A stretch of DNA of 63,962 bases, filler included, from Caldilineae bacterium (lineage in GTDB: Bacteria > Chloroflexota > Anaerolineae > DTLA01), in NCBI GenBank assembly GCA_037446815.1. It is 3 parts of 3 records of this genome, joined end to end, with 100 filler letters (N's around TTAATTAATTAA, not from the genome) between each part and the next. Parts side by side here need not be neighbours in the genome. Positions count along the whole stretch, not along the records: positions 23,829 to 47,422 come from JBBIHX010000036.1; 2 more parts are not named here. One strand, written 5' to 3'. The notes beneath the pieces were generated by a model, which searched no databases, had not been told where the DNA came from, and was given only the letters and a program-made list of their open reading frames with translations. This document shows positions 28,417 through 38,534 of this stretch, piece after piece (the first letter of the stretch is position 1; each line of letters opens with the position of its first letter). The position numbers and the translations under genes are program-made.

Positions 28417-29085
28417 CTACTTCGCCGCCGAGTGATAGGCCCGCCACTGCGCCCAGAGCCACTCGGCCCACGGGCCTATGCCCTCGCCCGTGCGGCAGGA
28501 CACCTCAAAGATCTCGGCGCGCGCGTTCATGCCGCGTATCGCTTCACGCAGCGCCTTCAGGTCAAAATCCACGTAGGGGGCCAGGTCCATCTTGTTGATG
28601 ACAACGGCCTCCACCGCCGTGAAGATGCCCGGGTATTTGTACGGCTTGTCGTGGCCCTCGGGCACGCTGGCGATCATCACCCGCAGCGTCTCGCCCAGGC
28701 GAAACTCCACCGGGCAGATGAGGTTGCCGACGTTCTCCACGATGAGCAGGTCTATCTCGCCCAGCGGCAGCGCGCGCAGTGCCTGGCGAATCATGGGCGC
28801 GTCCAGATGGCACGCCCCGCCCGTGTTAATCTGCACCACGGGAATCCCCGCGGCGGCCACCTTGTCGGCGTCAATGCGCGAGGCCACATCGCCCTCAATC
28901 ACGCCCAGGCGAAGACGGCCATCCAGCGCCCGCGCCGTCTGCAAGATGAGGCTCGTCTTGCCGGCGCCGGGCGACGCCATGAGGTTCACGGTAACGATGC
29001 CGTGCGCCCGTAGTGTCTCGGCATTCTCCAGGGCAATCTGGTCGTTGGCGTTCAGAATGTCGGTTACGACCTCTACCTTCCGCAT
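28417..29085 (-). CDS. hypB: Nickel-insertion GTPase HypB
   Basis: SPGAGKT, GGACHLDA, ENVGNLICP, NKMD. Confidence 0.97.
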   Translation of the reverse strand: MRKVEVVTDILNANDQIALENAETLRAHGIVTVNLMASPGAGKTSLILQTARALDGRLRLGVIEGDVASRIDADKVAAAGIPVVQINTGGACHLDAPMIRQALRALPLGEIDLLIVENVGNLICPVEFRLGETLRVMIASVPEGHDKPYKYPGIFTAVEAVVINKMDLAPYVDFDLKALREAIRGMNARAEIFEVSCRTGEGIGPWAEWLWAQWRAYHSAAK

Positions 29086-29089
29086 CGGT

Positions 29090-29431
29090 TCACTCCACCT
29101 CAATGCTTTCTATGTACGACTCGCGCCCGGCCAGCACCTCGCCGCCCAGCCCGCCGCACTGCGGGCAGCGCCAGTCCACGCCATCGGGCGCGAATTCGCC
29201 GCCGCAGGCATGGCACCGGACGCGTGCGGGGATGCGACGGATGTGGAGCGTCGCGCCCTCCGCTTCCGTCCCGCGGGCCAGGAAGTCAAAGTAGAACTGG
29301 ATGCTCTCGTCCACGAAACTGGTCAGGTCGCCGATGACGAGGTTGACTTGCGCCACGCGATGGGCATCTGCCTTGCGCGCGTGTTCCAAGACGACCCGGA
29401 TAATCTGCTCGGTAACGGGCAACTCGTGCAT
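29090..29431 (-). CDS. hypA: Nickel metallochaperone HypA
   Basis: MHE N-terminus, CHAC...CPQC. Confidence 0.96.
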   Translation of the reverse strand: MHELPVTEQIIRVVLEHARKADAHRVAQVNLVIGDLTSFVDESIQFYFDFLARGTEAEGATLHIRRIPARVRCHACGGEFAPDGVDWRCPQCGGLGGEVLAGRESYIESIEVE

Positions 29432-29437
29432 GTTCCC

Positions 29438-29932
29438 CTACCCTCGCGGCGCGGCCATCGCCATGCCCAGAATCGCGCCGACGGCCTCATCGGCGCGGGC
29501 CTTGCACCCCTCGGTGAGGCCCTCGCCGAAATCAAAATCCTCGCCCCGAACGGAGACCAGCGCCGCCTGCGGGGCTTGGCCACGGGCCGCCCGCGCCACC
29601 GCCAGCATCATCCCCGGGCTCATATGGTGCGTAACCGCCTGGAATCCGTACTCCTCCTGCACGGGAAGCACGCGCACATCGTCCGGTATCACGCCGGTAT
29701 GGGCGTCCACGAAAACCGCCAGGTCGTAGTCGGCCAGCATGGGGGCGATTTCCGGAAGCAATTGGTGCAGCACCACCGTGTCCAGGGGATGGCCGCAATC
29801 GTCCAAGCCGTCTTCGTTCAATTCAAGGGGGCGCAACCCCTGCTTCCGGCGCAGCGCGTTGGCGACGTACAGGGCCACGCCGTCATCCCGCCGGTAGGGG
29901 TTGCCATATCCGATGACCAGGGTTCGTCTCAT
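29438..29932 (-). CDS. Hydrogenase maturation protease (HoxW/HycI-like)
   Basis: VIGYGNPYRRDDG, FVDA, THH. Confidence 0.9.
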   Translation of the reverse strand: MRRTLVIGYGNPYRRDDGVALYVANALRRKQGLRPLELNEDGLDDCGHPLDTVVLHQLLPEIAPMLADYDLAVFVDAHTGVIPDDVRVLPVQEEYGFQAVTHHMSPGMMLAVARAARGQAPQAALVSVRGEDFDFGEGLTEGCKARADEAVGAILGMAMAAPRG

Positions 29933-30019
29933 GAATGCGATTCCAAGCGCGCCACGGGCCGCCCCGAAGGCGCGGTGTTAGTGCAAGGTATTGTATCTCA
30001 TCTCGCGGGCGCGTCAAAA

Positions 30020-30056
30020 GCAGACCTCCGAGGTCGGGGACGCCTCGGAGGTCTGC
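30020..30056. repeat. REP-like hairpin GCAGACCTCCGAGG..CCTCGGAGGTCTGC inside the hydrogenase operon
   Basis: 14-bp perfect inverted arms between the large-subunit and protease genes. Confidence 0.75.
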
Positions 30057-30080
30057 CTACGCGGCCACGTTGGGCCGAAT

Positions 30081-31502
30081 CTAGCCTCGCGTCAGGCGAT
30101 GCATCAACTCGCCCTGGGCGTCGTACATCTCAATCACGATGGGCATCTCGCCGATGGCGTGCGTGGAGCAGGACAGGCACGGGTCGTGGGCGCGGATGGC
30201 CGCTTCCACGCGGTTCAGCATCCCCTCGGTCAGGGTCTTGCCGTCCACGAAGTCCTTGGCCACCATCTCCACCGACTTGCTCATCGCCCAGTTGTTGTGC
30301 CCGGTCGCCACGATGAGGTTGACCTTGGTCAACATCCCATTCGCGTCGGTCTGGTAGTGGTGGAACAGCGTGCCGCGCGGAGCCTCCACGCACCCCACGC
30401 CCTTGCCGGCGAAGGTGCCGCTAGCCGCGACGATGTCCGTGGACAGGATGTCGGGATCCTCCAGAATCTCGCGGACGCGCTCAATGGCGTAGAGGTCTTC
30501 TATCAGGCGGGCATAGTGGAACCACAGCGTGCCTTCCACCGGCTTGCCGCCGTTGATGGTCTTCCAAGTCTTGAATTCCTCGTTCGCCATGGGCGTGTTG
30601 ATCTTGCTCGCGGCGTTCAGGCGGCCCAGCGGGCCTACGCGGTACGTGCCATTGGGCCATCCCATCTTCCGGTAGAAGGGGAACTTGAGGTACGACCAGT
30701 CCTCCACGTGCTCGCCGATGTACGTCAGGTAGTCCTGGGCGTCAAATTCCTCCAGTTTCCTGCCGTCCTTGTCCACCAGCCGCACCTTGCCGTCGTACAG
30801 TTGCAGGCCGCCTTCCTCATCCACCAGCCCCATGTAGCCCGACGAGAAGACCGCAAAGCGGTTCACCAAGTCCATGTTCTTCTCATACCAGCCCTTGGCG
30901 ACGGCGATGCCGACCTTGATGACCTCGGTCATCTCGTCCAACTGGCTCAGGATCGCGTCGCGATCCTTGACGGACAGGGGCGCGTTGACGCCACCGGGGA
31001 CGGCGAAGACGGGATGCACCCGCTTGCCGCCCAGGCGCTTGATGATGTCCTGGCCGAACCCGCGCAGGCGCACCGCTTTCAGCGCCAGGTCGGGGTTCGC
31101 CTGCACGATGCCCACAACGTTGCGGATGGCCGGGTCCGCGTCAAACCCCAGCAACAGGTCAGGCCCCGCCAGTTCAAAGAAGTGCATGGAGTGGGACTGA
31201 ATGAACTGCCCCATGTGCATCAGTTCGCGCAGCAGGTGGGCGGTGCGCGGTGGCTTGAGGCCCGCGACGACATCGCAAGCCTTGGCCGACGCCAGGTGGT
31301 GGCTCACCGGGCAGATGCCGCAGATGCGCGGGGTGATCTGCGTCATCTCAAAGAAGGGCCGCCCCTCGCTGAACTTCTCAAACCCGCGCCACTCGTTTAC
31401 ATGGAAGAAGGCACGCTCCACCTTACCCTCATCGTTCAGGTGGATGGTAACCTTGGCGTGGCCCTCAATTCGCGTTACGGGTTCTATCGTAATCTTCTGC
31501 AT
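30081..31502 (-). CDS. hoxH: [NiFe]-hydrogenase large subunit, group 3 (HoxH/HydL-like)
   Basis: [19 protein letters not shown] (L1), DPCLSCSTH (L2) followed by a cleavable C-terminal tail. Confidence 0.95.
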   Translation of the reverse strand: MQKITIEPVTRIEGHAKVTIHLNDEGKVERAFFHVNEWRGFEKFSEGRPFFEMTQITPRICGICPVSHHLASAKACDVVAGLKPPRTAHLLRELMHMGQFIQSHSMHFFELAGPDLLLGFDADPAIRNVVGIVQANPDLALKAVRLRGFGQDIIKRLGGKRVHPVFAVPGGVNAPLSVKDRDAILSQLDEMTEVIKVGIAVAKGWYEKNMDLVNRFAVFSSGYMGLVDEEGGLQLYDGKVRLVDKDGRKLEEFDAQDYLTYIGEHVEDWSYLKFPFYRKMGWPNGTYRVGPLGRLNAASKINTPMANEEFKTWKTINGGKPVEGTLWFHYARLIEDLYAIERVREILEDPDILSTDIVAASGTFAGKGVGCVEAPRGTLFHHYQTDANGMLTKVNLIVATGHNNWAMSKSVEMVAKDFVDGKTLTEGMLNRVEAAIRAHDPCLSCSTHAIGEMPIVIEMYDAQGELMHRLTRG

Positions 31503-31546
31503 GGTTGCGCTCCTTGTCTAGGGTCAAATCCTGGCCCGGGCAGGCA

Positions 31547-32086
31547 TCAGTCATACTTCAGGTTGTCGCCGGTCAAGACGGGCACGCGGCCTTCCAGCAA
31601 CTCGGCCAGGGCGTAGTAGATGACGTCCGGCGACGGCGGGCACCCGGGGATGTGGATATCCACCTTGACCACCTGGTTGACCGCGCACACCCGCACCGGC
31701 CTACCCAACTCCTCGGAGCAGGGGATTTGGCCATCCACCGTGCTCTCGGTCTCTACGTAGGCGCGCTTCAGCGCCTCGTCCATGTCAAAGAAGTTGCGCA
31801 TGGAAACGATGCCGCCGAACACCGCGCAGTCGCCCAGCGCGATGAGAATCTGGCACCGCTCGCGCATCTGCTTGACCACTTCAATATTCGTGGTGTTGGA
31901 CACCGCGCCCGTGAGAATCCCCACCGTAACGCCCTCTTTCGGCGGGTGCTTCAGGTCGGTGATAGGAGTGGACGTGAGTTCAATTTTGTCCAGCAATTGG
32001 ACGAGCCGCTCGTCCATGTCCAGCACGGACATATGACACCCGGCGCAAGCGGCCAGCCAGTCTGTTGCAACCTTGACTTTCGCCAT
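31547..32086 (-). CDS. hoxY: [NiFe]-hydrogenase short small subunit (HoxY/HydS-like)
   Basis: CAGCHMS, GDCA, PGCPP; a single cluster. Confidence 0.92.
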   Translation of the reverse strand: MAKVKVATDWLAACAGCHMSVLDMDERLVQLLDKIELTSTPITDLKHPPKEGVTVGILTGAVSNTTNIEVVKQMRERCQILIALGDCAVFGGIVSMRNFFDMDEALKRAYVETESTVDGQIPCSEELGRPVRVCAVNQVVKVDIHIPGCPPSPDVIYYALAELLEGRVPVLTGDNLKYD

Positions 32087-32123
32087 GGATTATCCTCCTT
32101 ATACCCATTGTTCCTGCGAGCGG

Positions 32124-33839
32124 CTACAGGGCCTCGGCCAGCCGGGCCAGAACCTCGGCCTCGGCGAGCACACCCTCGGGCGCGGCGACGGCCGACTTGA
32201 CGACCGCCTTCCTGCCGTCCAGCGTCGTGAAGTTCCCATCCTGCTCATACCACAGCGGCGCCGGCAGCACCACATCCGCCGCGTCGGTGGCCGCGCTCTT
32301 GTATGCCGCGTGCACGACGAGGAATGCGGCGCGCCGCGCTTCCTGGACCGCCTTCTCGGGCAACTCGCCGTCGCCCAGCAGCAGGTACAGCACCTTGACG
32401 CCATTGGCGTTGAGGGTGTTCTTCAGCCCCAGTTCCCTGGCCCGATAGCCGTTGGTGCCCTGGAACAGCGAGATGAAGCGGGCCTTGCCCGTGAGGGCCG
32501 CCAGTTTCCGCGCGCCCGCCTTGTCCAGGTCGCCGCCGTAGATCACCACCGGCGCGGTGCTGCCCTGGGCGATCTTCACCGCCTCGGCCACCTGGGCCAT
32601 GGGGAATATCCGATGCGCCAGGGCCGCCATGCCGTTGGGCTTGTCGGAAACCACGAGAAGCCGCGCCCCCTTGTCCAGAGCGCGCTTCACGCGGTAGCCC
32701 AACACCCGATGCGTCGCCAGTGGGTCGCCGCCGACCACCAGCACACAGTCGGCCGTGTCCAGGTCGGCCAGCGCGCCGCCCACGGGCAATTCCAGGTCCG
32801 CCAGCGTCGGCTCCAACGTTCCCACGGTGGCGCGCACCTTTCCCTGGAACACCTTCACGAATTCGCTCAGCGTGTCATTGAGCGCCTTGCCGGTAACGTA
32901 CGCGGCGGTCTTCTTTCCGCCGTTGCCCTTCGCCTTGGCGGCGATGGCGGCCAGCGCCTCGTCCCAGGACACGGGCACCAGGCCGTTGCCCTTGCGCACC
33001 ATGGGCGAGGTGATGCGCTCGCGCGTGTCGTACAGCGGCTCAAAGCGGCCTGCCACGCACAGCACGCCCTGATTGGGCGCGTCCCAATCGCCCTCCACGC
33101 GCAGCACGTGCCCGGCGCGGGTAACCACGCTCGTCCCGCACCCCACGGCGCAGAACGTGCAGGTGCTGGCCGTCCGTTCCACGTGCACCTCGCGCCCCAT
33201 GTAGGCGCTCTTGCGGTCTATCAGCGCGCCGGTGGGGCAGACCTGCAAGCACGTGCCGCAGGACACGCAGGTGGACTCGCCGAACGGCACATCCATGTCG
33301 GCGCTGATCATCGTCTTGGCCCCGCGGAAGCGCACGCCCAGCGTGTGGTTCGCCGCCAAGTCCGAGCACGCGCGGATGCACCGTCGGCACAGGATGCAGC
33401 GGTTGTGGTCCATGATGAAGTACTTGCGCGTGCCGTCCACCGGCATCTTGGCATGGGGCGAAGGGTAGGTCCAGTGATCCAGGCCGTAGCGGTACGCCAG
33501 CGCCTGGAGTTCGCAGTCGCCACTCATCTCGCAGTACATGCAGTAGTGGTTGCGCTCGGAGAACAGCATCTGCAGCACGAACTTGCGCGCCTCCACCGCC
33601 TTGGGAGACTCGGTCTCCACTTCCATCCCCTCGGAGATGGGGAAGGTGCAGGCGGGCTGAAGCGTGCGCTGCTTCGCCACCTCTACGAGACAAACGCGGC
33701 ACGCGCCGATGTTGGCGAGGGCAGGGTGGTGGCACAGGGTGGGGATGTCAAGCCCCGCTTCTTTCGCCGCCTCCAGAACCGTGATTCCCGCCCGCGCTTG
33801 AATCTGCTGTCCGTTGATTTTGATGTTGACGGTTGCCAT
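32124..33839 (-). CDS. NuoG/HoxU/HydA-like FeS subunit with a degenerate molybdopterin-oxidoreductase domain
   Basis: IPTLC..CRVC (2Fe-2S), HYCMYC, CILCRRC, CVSCGTC, CTFCAVGC; the C-terminal Mo-bisPGD-like fold lacks an obvious catalytic ligand. Confidence 0.85.
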   Translation of the reverse strand: MATVNIKINGQQIQARAGITVLEAAKEAGLDIPTLCHHPALANIGACRVCLVEVAKQRTLQPACTFPISEGMEVETESPKAVEARKFVLQMLFSERNHYCMYCEMSGDCELQALAYRYGLDHWTYPSPHAKMPVDGTRKYFIMDHNRCILCRRCIRACSDLAANHTLGVRFRGAKTMISADMDVPFGESTCVSCGTCLQVCPTGALIDRKSAYMGREVHVERTASTCTFCAVGCGTSVVTRAGHVLRVEGDWDAPNQGVLCVAGRFEPLYDTRERITSPMVRKGNGLVPVSWDEALAAIAAKAKGNGGKKTAAYVTGKALNDTLSEFVKVFQGKVRATVGTLEPTLADLELPVGGALADLDTADCVLVVGGDPLATHRVLGYRVKRALDKGARLLVVSDKPNGMAALAHRIFPMAQVAEAVKIAQGSTAPVVIYGGDLDKAGARKLAALTGKARFISLFQGTNGYRARELGLKNTLNANGVKVLYLLLGDGELPEKAVQEARRAAFLVVHAAYKSAATDAADVVLPAPLWYEQDGNFTTLDGRKAVVKSAVAAPEGVLAEAEVLARLAEAL

Positions 33840-33887
33840 CGGGCAAGTCGCCTCCTTTCCGTTGGTTGCGTAGGAATCGCGCCCGCG

Positions 33888-36800
33888 CTATACCGCGACG
33901 GCGTCTTTGTCTGACTGCGTAACGGCTTCAACGCCCATGGTCTCTACCCATTCCAGGTCGCAGCGCAGACACCGCTTGCACTCTTCGCGGGCGGTCTTTT
34001 CGTCAAACCCCAATTCCACCTCGTCAAAGCAGCAGACCCGCTGCTCAACGGGCAGTTCCGGCATCTGGGGCCGCTTGGCGTCGGCGTAGTCGTCCATGTT
34101 GAACACCTGCGGCACATTGTGGTACGCGGTTACGTACTTGGGCCGCTCCACCTTCTGGCCCTTGAGGTACGCGTCCACGGCCACGGCCACCTTGTTGCCC
34201 TGGGCCACGGCCTCCACCACCGTCGCCGGCCCCAGCGCCGCATCGCCCGCCGCGAACACGCCCTCGCGCGTCGTGGCCAGGTCCGGCCCCACGGTAATCG
34301 TGCCGTCGCGGTTGAAACTGATGTCGCCGCAAGAACCCAGGCACTCCACCGCGGCCGCCTGCCCGATGGCCGGAATCAGCAGGTCTATGTCCAGCACGAA
34401 CTCGGACCCCTCTATCGGCATGGGCTTGCGGCGCCCGCTGGCGTCAAACTCGCCCAACTGCTGCGCCTGCAATTCCACGCCGGTAACGTGGTCCGTCCCG
34501 ATGACCCGCACGGGGTTGGTCAAGAAGTGGAACTGGATGCCTTCCAGCGCTGCCGCGTGGACTTCTTCCTCCCATGCGGGCATCTCGCCGCGGGTGCGGC
34601 GGTAGATGAGGTGCACCTTGCTGGCGCCCAGCCGCAGGGCAGTGCGCGCCGCGTCTATCGCCACCGCGCCGCCGCCCACGACGGCCACCCGCTTCCCTTT
34701 CACGTCCGGCTTCTTGCCCAGCGCCACGTCCTTCAGGAAGTTCACGCCGTGGTACACGCCCGGCAAGTCCTCGTTCGGGATGCCCAGTTTGCGGCTCTTG
34801 TGCGTGCCGATGGCCAACACCACCGCGCTGTAGCCCATCCCGTTCAGCAGGTCGTCCATGGTGAAGTCGCGGCCCATCTCCTGGTTCAGGCGAATCTCCA
34901 CCCCGGCCCGCTTGATGTTCTCAATCTCAATGTTCAGGATGTCGCGCGGCAGGCGGTACTCAGGAATGCCCACCGCCATCATACCGCCGGCCACGGGCAG
35001 TTTCTCAAACACCGTAACGGGATAGCCCAACTGGGCCAGGCGCAGCGCCGCCGTCAGGCCCGCCGGGCCCGCCCCGATGACGGCCACCTTCTTGTCCTTG
35101 GGGCCCTCCTTCTTCGGCGGCGTCCACGGGTGATCCTTCTCCTGGTCGGCCATGAACCGCTTCACCTGGCGCAGCGCCACTGGCTCGTCCACATCCCCGC
35201 GGCGGCACTTCTGCTCGCAGAAGGCCGGGCACACGCGCCCGCAGATGAGCGGGAACGGGTTGCGCTCGCGGTGGATGTCCAGCGCCTCCTGATAGCGCCC
35301 CTGCGCGGTCAGCGCCACGAACGCCGGCACGTCCACCCCCGACGGGCATGCGTTGATGCAGCGCGCCCGCACCAGCGCCTTGCAGGTTCCGGCCGGACAT
35401 TCCTTGTCCAGGATGTGCGCACGGAACTCGTCCTCAAAGTAGCGCAGCGCCGCCATCACCGGGCCGGGCGTCAACTGGCCCAACGCGCACAGCGCGCCGG
35501 TCTCCATGCCCTTGGCGATCTCGCGGATGGTGTCCAAATCCTCCAGTGTGCCGTTGCCCTCGGTGATGCGGGTGAGGATTTCCAACATGCGCTTGCCGCC
35601 GACGCGACACGGCACGCACTTCCCGCACGATTCCGCCTGCGCGAAGGTGAGGAAGAACTTGGAGAACTCCACCATGCACGTATCTTCGTCCACGACGATC
35701 ATGCCGCCCGAACCCATGACCGCGCCCACTTCCTTGAGCGAGTCAAAGTCCACCTTGACGTTCAGGTGCTGGGCCGGGATGCACCCGCCAAGCGGGCCAC
35801 CGGTCTGGACGGCCTTGAACTTCTTGCCCTTGGGGATGCCGCCGCCGATGTCAAAGATAATCTCGCCCAGGGTGATGCCCATGGGCACCTCCACCAGGCC
35901 GGTGTTGTTCACCTTGCCAGTCAGCGCGAAGATGGCCGTGCCCGGGCTTCGCTTGGCGCCGATGTTGCTGAACCACTCGGCCCCGTTGACGATGATCTGC
36001 GGGATGTTGGCGTAACTCTTCACGTTGTTCAGGTTGGTGGGCTTGTTCCACAACCCGCAGACGGCGGGGAACGGCGGCCTGGGTCGCGGTTCGCCGCGCC
36101 TGCCCTCAATGGACGCCAGCAGCGCCGTCTCTTCGCCGCAGACGAAGGCGCCCGCGCCCTCCTTGATGTGGAGGTGGAAACTGAAATCCGTCCCCATGAT
36201 GTTGTCGCCCAGCAGGCCGTACTCCTCGGCCTGGGCGATGGCCGTCTTCAGGCGCTTGATGGCCAGCGGATACTCGGCGCGGCAGTAGATGTACCCTTCC
36301 TTCGCGCCCACGGCATAGCCGCAGATGATCATGCCCTCAATGACGCTGTGGGGGTCGCCTTCCAAGATGGAGCGATCCATGAACGCGCCCGGGTCGCCCT
36401 CGTCGGCGTTGCACACCACGTACTTCACATCGCCGGGGGCCTTGGCGGTGAACTCCCACTTGACGCCGGTGAGGAAGCCCGCGCCGCCTCGCCCGCGCAG
36501 TCCAGACCGCTTGACCTCCTCAATGACCTCCTCGCGGGTCATGCTGGTGAGCGCCTTGGACAGCGCCTCGTAGCCGCCGCGCGCGATGTACTCCTCTATC
36601 TTCTCCGGGTCAATCATGCCGCAGTTACGCAGGGCAATGCGGATTTGCTTGCTGTAGAACGGAATCTCTTTGTAGAACGGCAGGGCCTTGTGGGTGTCCG
36701 GCTCCTGGTACGCGAGCCGCTGAACGACACGCCCCTTGACCAGCGTCTCCTCCACGATGGTGGGCACATCGCCGGCCTGCACCTGGCAGTAGAAGATGCC

Positions 36801-36995
36801 TTCGGGATAGACGATCATCACAGGCCCCATGGCGCAGAAGCCGCGGCAACCGGTGTGCACGAGGCGAACCTCGTCCTGCAGGCCGCGCCGCTTGATCTCC
36901 GCCTCCATGGCCGCGATGACCTCTGCCGACCCAGATGCTGTGCACCCGGTTCCGCCGCAAACCAGCACGTTGGCCCTATAGTATGGTTCGGCCAT
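33888..36995 (-). CDS. NuoF/HydB-like FMN/NADH subunit fused to a GltD-like FAD/NAD(P) domain
   Basis: CGGTGC, GRGGAGF, NADEGDPG, CGEETAL, CGKCVPC; then CINACP, CGRVC, GAGPAG, GGGAVA, IYRRT, AGD, CLRC. Confidence 0.9.
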   Translation of the reverse strand: MAEPYYRANVLVCGGTGCTASGSAEVIAAMEAEIKRRGLQDEVRLVHTGCRGFCAMGPVMIVYPEGIFYCQVQAGDVPTIVEETLVKGRVVQRLAYQEPDTHKALPFYKEIPFYSKQIRIALRNCGMIDPEKIEEYIARGGYEALSKALTSMTREEVIEEVKRSGLRGRGGAGFLTGVKWEFTAKAPGDVKYVVCNADEGDPGAFMDRSILEGDPHSVIEGMIICGYAVGAKEGYIYCRAEYPLAIKRLKTAIAQAEEYGLLGDNIMGTDFSFHLHIKEGAGAFVCGEETALLASIEGRRGEPRPRPPFPAVCGLWNKPTNLNNVKSYANIPQIIVNGAEWFSNIGAKRSPGTAIFALTGKVNNTGLVEVPMGITLGEIIFDIGGGIPKGKKFKAVQTGGPLGGCIPAQHLNVKVDFDSLKEVGAVMGSGGMIVVDEDTCMVEFSKFFLTFAQAESCGKCVPCRVGGKRMLEILTRITEGNGTLEDLDTIREIAKGMETGALCALGQLTPGPVMAALRYFEDEFRAHILDKECPAGTCKALVRARCINACPSGVDVPAFVALTAQGRYQEALDIHRERNPFPLICGRVCPAFCEQKCRRGDVDEPVALRQVKRFMADQEKDHPWTPPKKEGPKDKKVAVIGAGPAGLTAALRLAQLGYPVTVFEKLPVAGGMMAVGIPEYRLPRDILNIEIENIKRAGVEIRLNQEMGRDFTMDDLLNGMGYSAVVLAIGTHKSRKLGIPNEDLPGVYHGVNFLKDVALGKKPDVKGKRVAVVGGGAVAIDAARTALRLGASKVHLIYRRTRGEMPAWEEEVHAAALEGIQFHFLTNPVRVIGTDHVTGVELQAQQLGEFDASGRRKPMPIEGSEFVLDIDLLIPAIGQAAAVECLGSCGDISFNRDGTITVGPDLATTREGVFAAGDAALGPATVVEAVAQGNKVAVAVDAYLKGQKVERPKYVTAYHNVPQVFNMDDYADAKRPQMPELPVEQRVCCFDEVELGFDEKTAREECKRCLRCDLEWVETMGVEAVTQSDKDAVAV

Positions 36996-37077
36996 ATCGG
37001 GTTCCTCCTTGTCTTCAGGTCTTCAGTCTACAGTGTACGCATGGGTGGTTCTGATTCGGTCTCAGAATCCGCTGTTC

Positions 37078-37461
37078 CTACTGGATGCCTGTGGACTCCA
37101 GGCGGCCGAGCGCCCATTCCTGGACGACGCGGCCCTTCACCAGGTGTTCCTCAATCAGGCGGGGCACCATGTCCGGGGTTACATTCGCATAGGTAACCCG
37201 TGGCTTGCCCGCCTGCTCAATGTCCACCAGGGGCTCCTTGGCGCACATGCCGATGCACCCCACCGTCTCCACATGCGCCTCAATGTCGCGGCGCTCTAGT
37301 TCCTTGAGGATGGCGTGCATCACGTCGCGGGCGCCGGCGGCAATCCCGCACGTGCCCATCCCGATGATGATGCGGGTGCCGGTTTCGGTGCGGATTCTGA
37401 GGTCTCGCTGCGCCTCCTCCCGAATCTTCTTGAGTTCCTCCAGGCTTTTGATCTTGGGCAT
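37078..37461 (-). CDS. Thioredoxin-like [2Fe-2S] ferredoxin (HndB/HydD-like)
   Basis: GMGTCGIAAGA, GCIGMCAKEP; GAGGAGG RBS. Confidence 0.88.
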   Translation of the reverse strand: MPKIKSLEELKKIREEAQRDLRIRTETGTRIIIGMGTCGIAAGARDVMHAILKELERRDIEAHVETVGCIGMCAKEPLVDIEQAGKPRVTYANVTPDMVPRLIEEHLVKGRVVQEWALGRLESTGIQ

Positions 37462-37512
37462 TCTGCCACCTCCTCGCTTCACCAGGTATCGTTATCGGTA
37501 TGTCGCGCGGAA

Positions 37513-38061
37513 TCACCGTTTGGCGCGGAGACTTTCCTCCCCCTCGCGCAGCGTCTGCCACAGCCACTGTCGCACGGCCGGATGGGTGAGCGGAACCTCG
37601 CCGAGTTCGCGCCGCACGTCTGCCGAGTCCAGGGCGAATTCGGCCTCGCCGACCCGGTGCGTGTACGCCACATCCACGGGCCGCCCCGACAGAAGAATCG
37701 CCATGAGAGCAGACGGCATATCGCCCAGGGGCGCCCGGTCAATGTGGCTGTGGCGGAAGGTAGCCCGGACGCGCGTCCCTTTGCCCGGCGCGGACTCAAT
37801 CGCCAGGTCCCCGTCGCACTGCCGGGCCGCGGCGGCAAACAGGGGAAGCCCCAACCCCACATGGCGCGTCTTCCGCGTCGTGAAGAAGGGGTCCAGAACG
37901 CGCCGCACCGTCTCCTCGTTCATTCCCCGCCCGTTATCGGCCACCTCAATGGTCAATCGGTCTGCTCCCAGGTCTTCGTCAATGCGCACCTCAATGCGGG
38001 TTGCGCCTGCTTCCACGGCATTCTCCATGACATCCAGCACGTGAAGGGAGAGTTCTCGCAC
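37513..38061 (-). CDS. Stand-alone HATPase (histidine-kinase-like) protein
   Basis: MRELSLHVLDVMENA, DNGRGM, DPFFTTR, GLGL. Confidence 0.88.
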   Translation of the reverse strand: MRELSLHVLDVMENAVEAGATRIEVRIDEDLGADRLTIEVADNGRGMNEETVRRVLDPFFTTRKTRHVGLGLPLFAAAARQCDGDLAIESAPGKGTRVRATFRHSHIDRAPLGDMPSALMAILLSGRPVDVAYTHRVGEAEFALDSADVRRELGEVPLTHPAVRQWLWQTLREGEESLRAKR

Positions 38062-38063
38062 GC

Positions 38064-38534
38064 CTACTTCAACTCACGGATGGTGCGGATCATCTGCTCG
38101 GGGGTCAGGCGGCCGTGCACCTTGTCGTTGATAACGGCCACCGGCGACAATCCGCAAGAACCCAGACAATACACCACTTCAAACGTGTACTTGTAGTCGG
38201 GCGTTGTCTCGCCCGCGCGGATGCCCAATTCGCGCTCCACGGCGTCAATAATCTTGGCTGCGCCGCGCACATGGCACGCCGTCCCGTCGCACTGGCGGAT
38301 GATGTACTTTCCGCGCCGCGTCAGGTAGAACTGGGCGTAGAACGTTACTACTCCATAGACTTGGCTGAGGGGTGTGCGGGTGCGCTCCGCGATGTGTTTG
38401 AGCACCTCTGGCGGAAGATAGCCGAAAATCTCCTGAGCCCGTTGCAAGATTGGGATCAGGGCCCCACTTTTTCCGGCGTATTCGTCAATGACTTCGTCCA
38501 GCGGCGCTAGATCCAGGGTTTCAGGTTGGCTCAT
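38064..38534 (-). CDS. NuoE/HydC-like [2Fe-2S] subunit
   Basis: LIPILQ, TFYAQF, CDGTAC, CLGSC. Confidence 0.92.
   Translation of the reverse strand: MSQPETLDLAPLDEVIDEYAGKSGALIPILQRAQEIFGYLPPEVLKHIAERTRTPLSQVYGVVTFYAQFYLTRRGKYIIRQCDGTACHVRGAAKIIDAVERELGIRAGETTPDYKYTFEVVYCLGSCGLSPVAVINDKVHGRLTPEQMIRTIRELK

Noticed and set aside
30081..31502. [NiFeSe] hydrogenase
   Set aside because: The L2 motif is DPCLSC with Cys codons and there is no in-frame TGA.
34119..37196. 1025-aa plus-strand ORF; likewise 5485-8412, 44721-46943, 52334-55066, 54807-57044 and 15277-17412
   Set aside because: These are antisense shadows of well-supported genes in GC-rich DNA and show no recognisable motifs.
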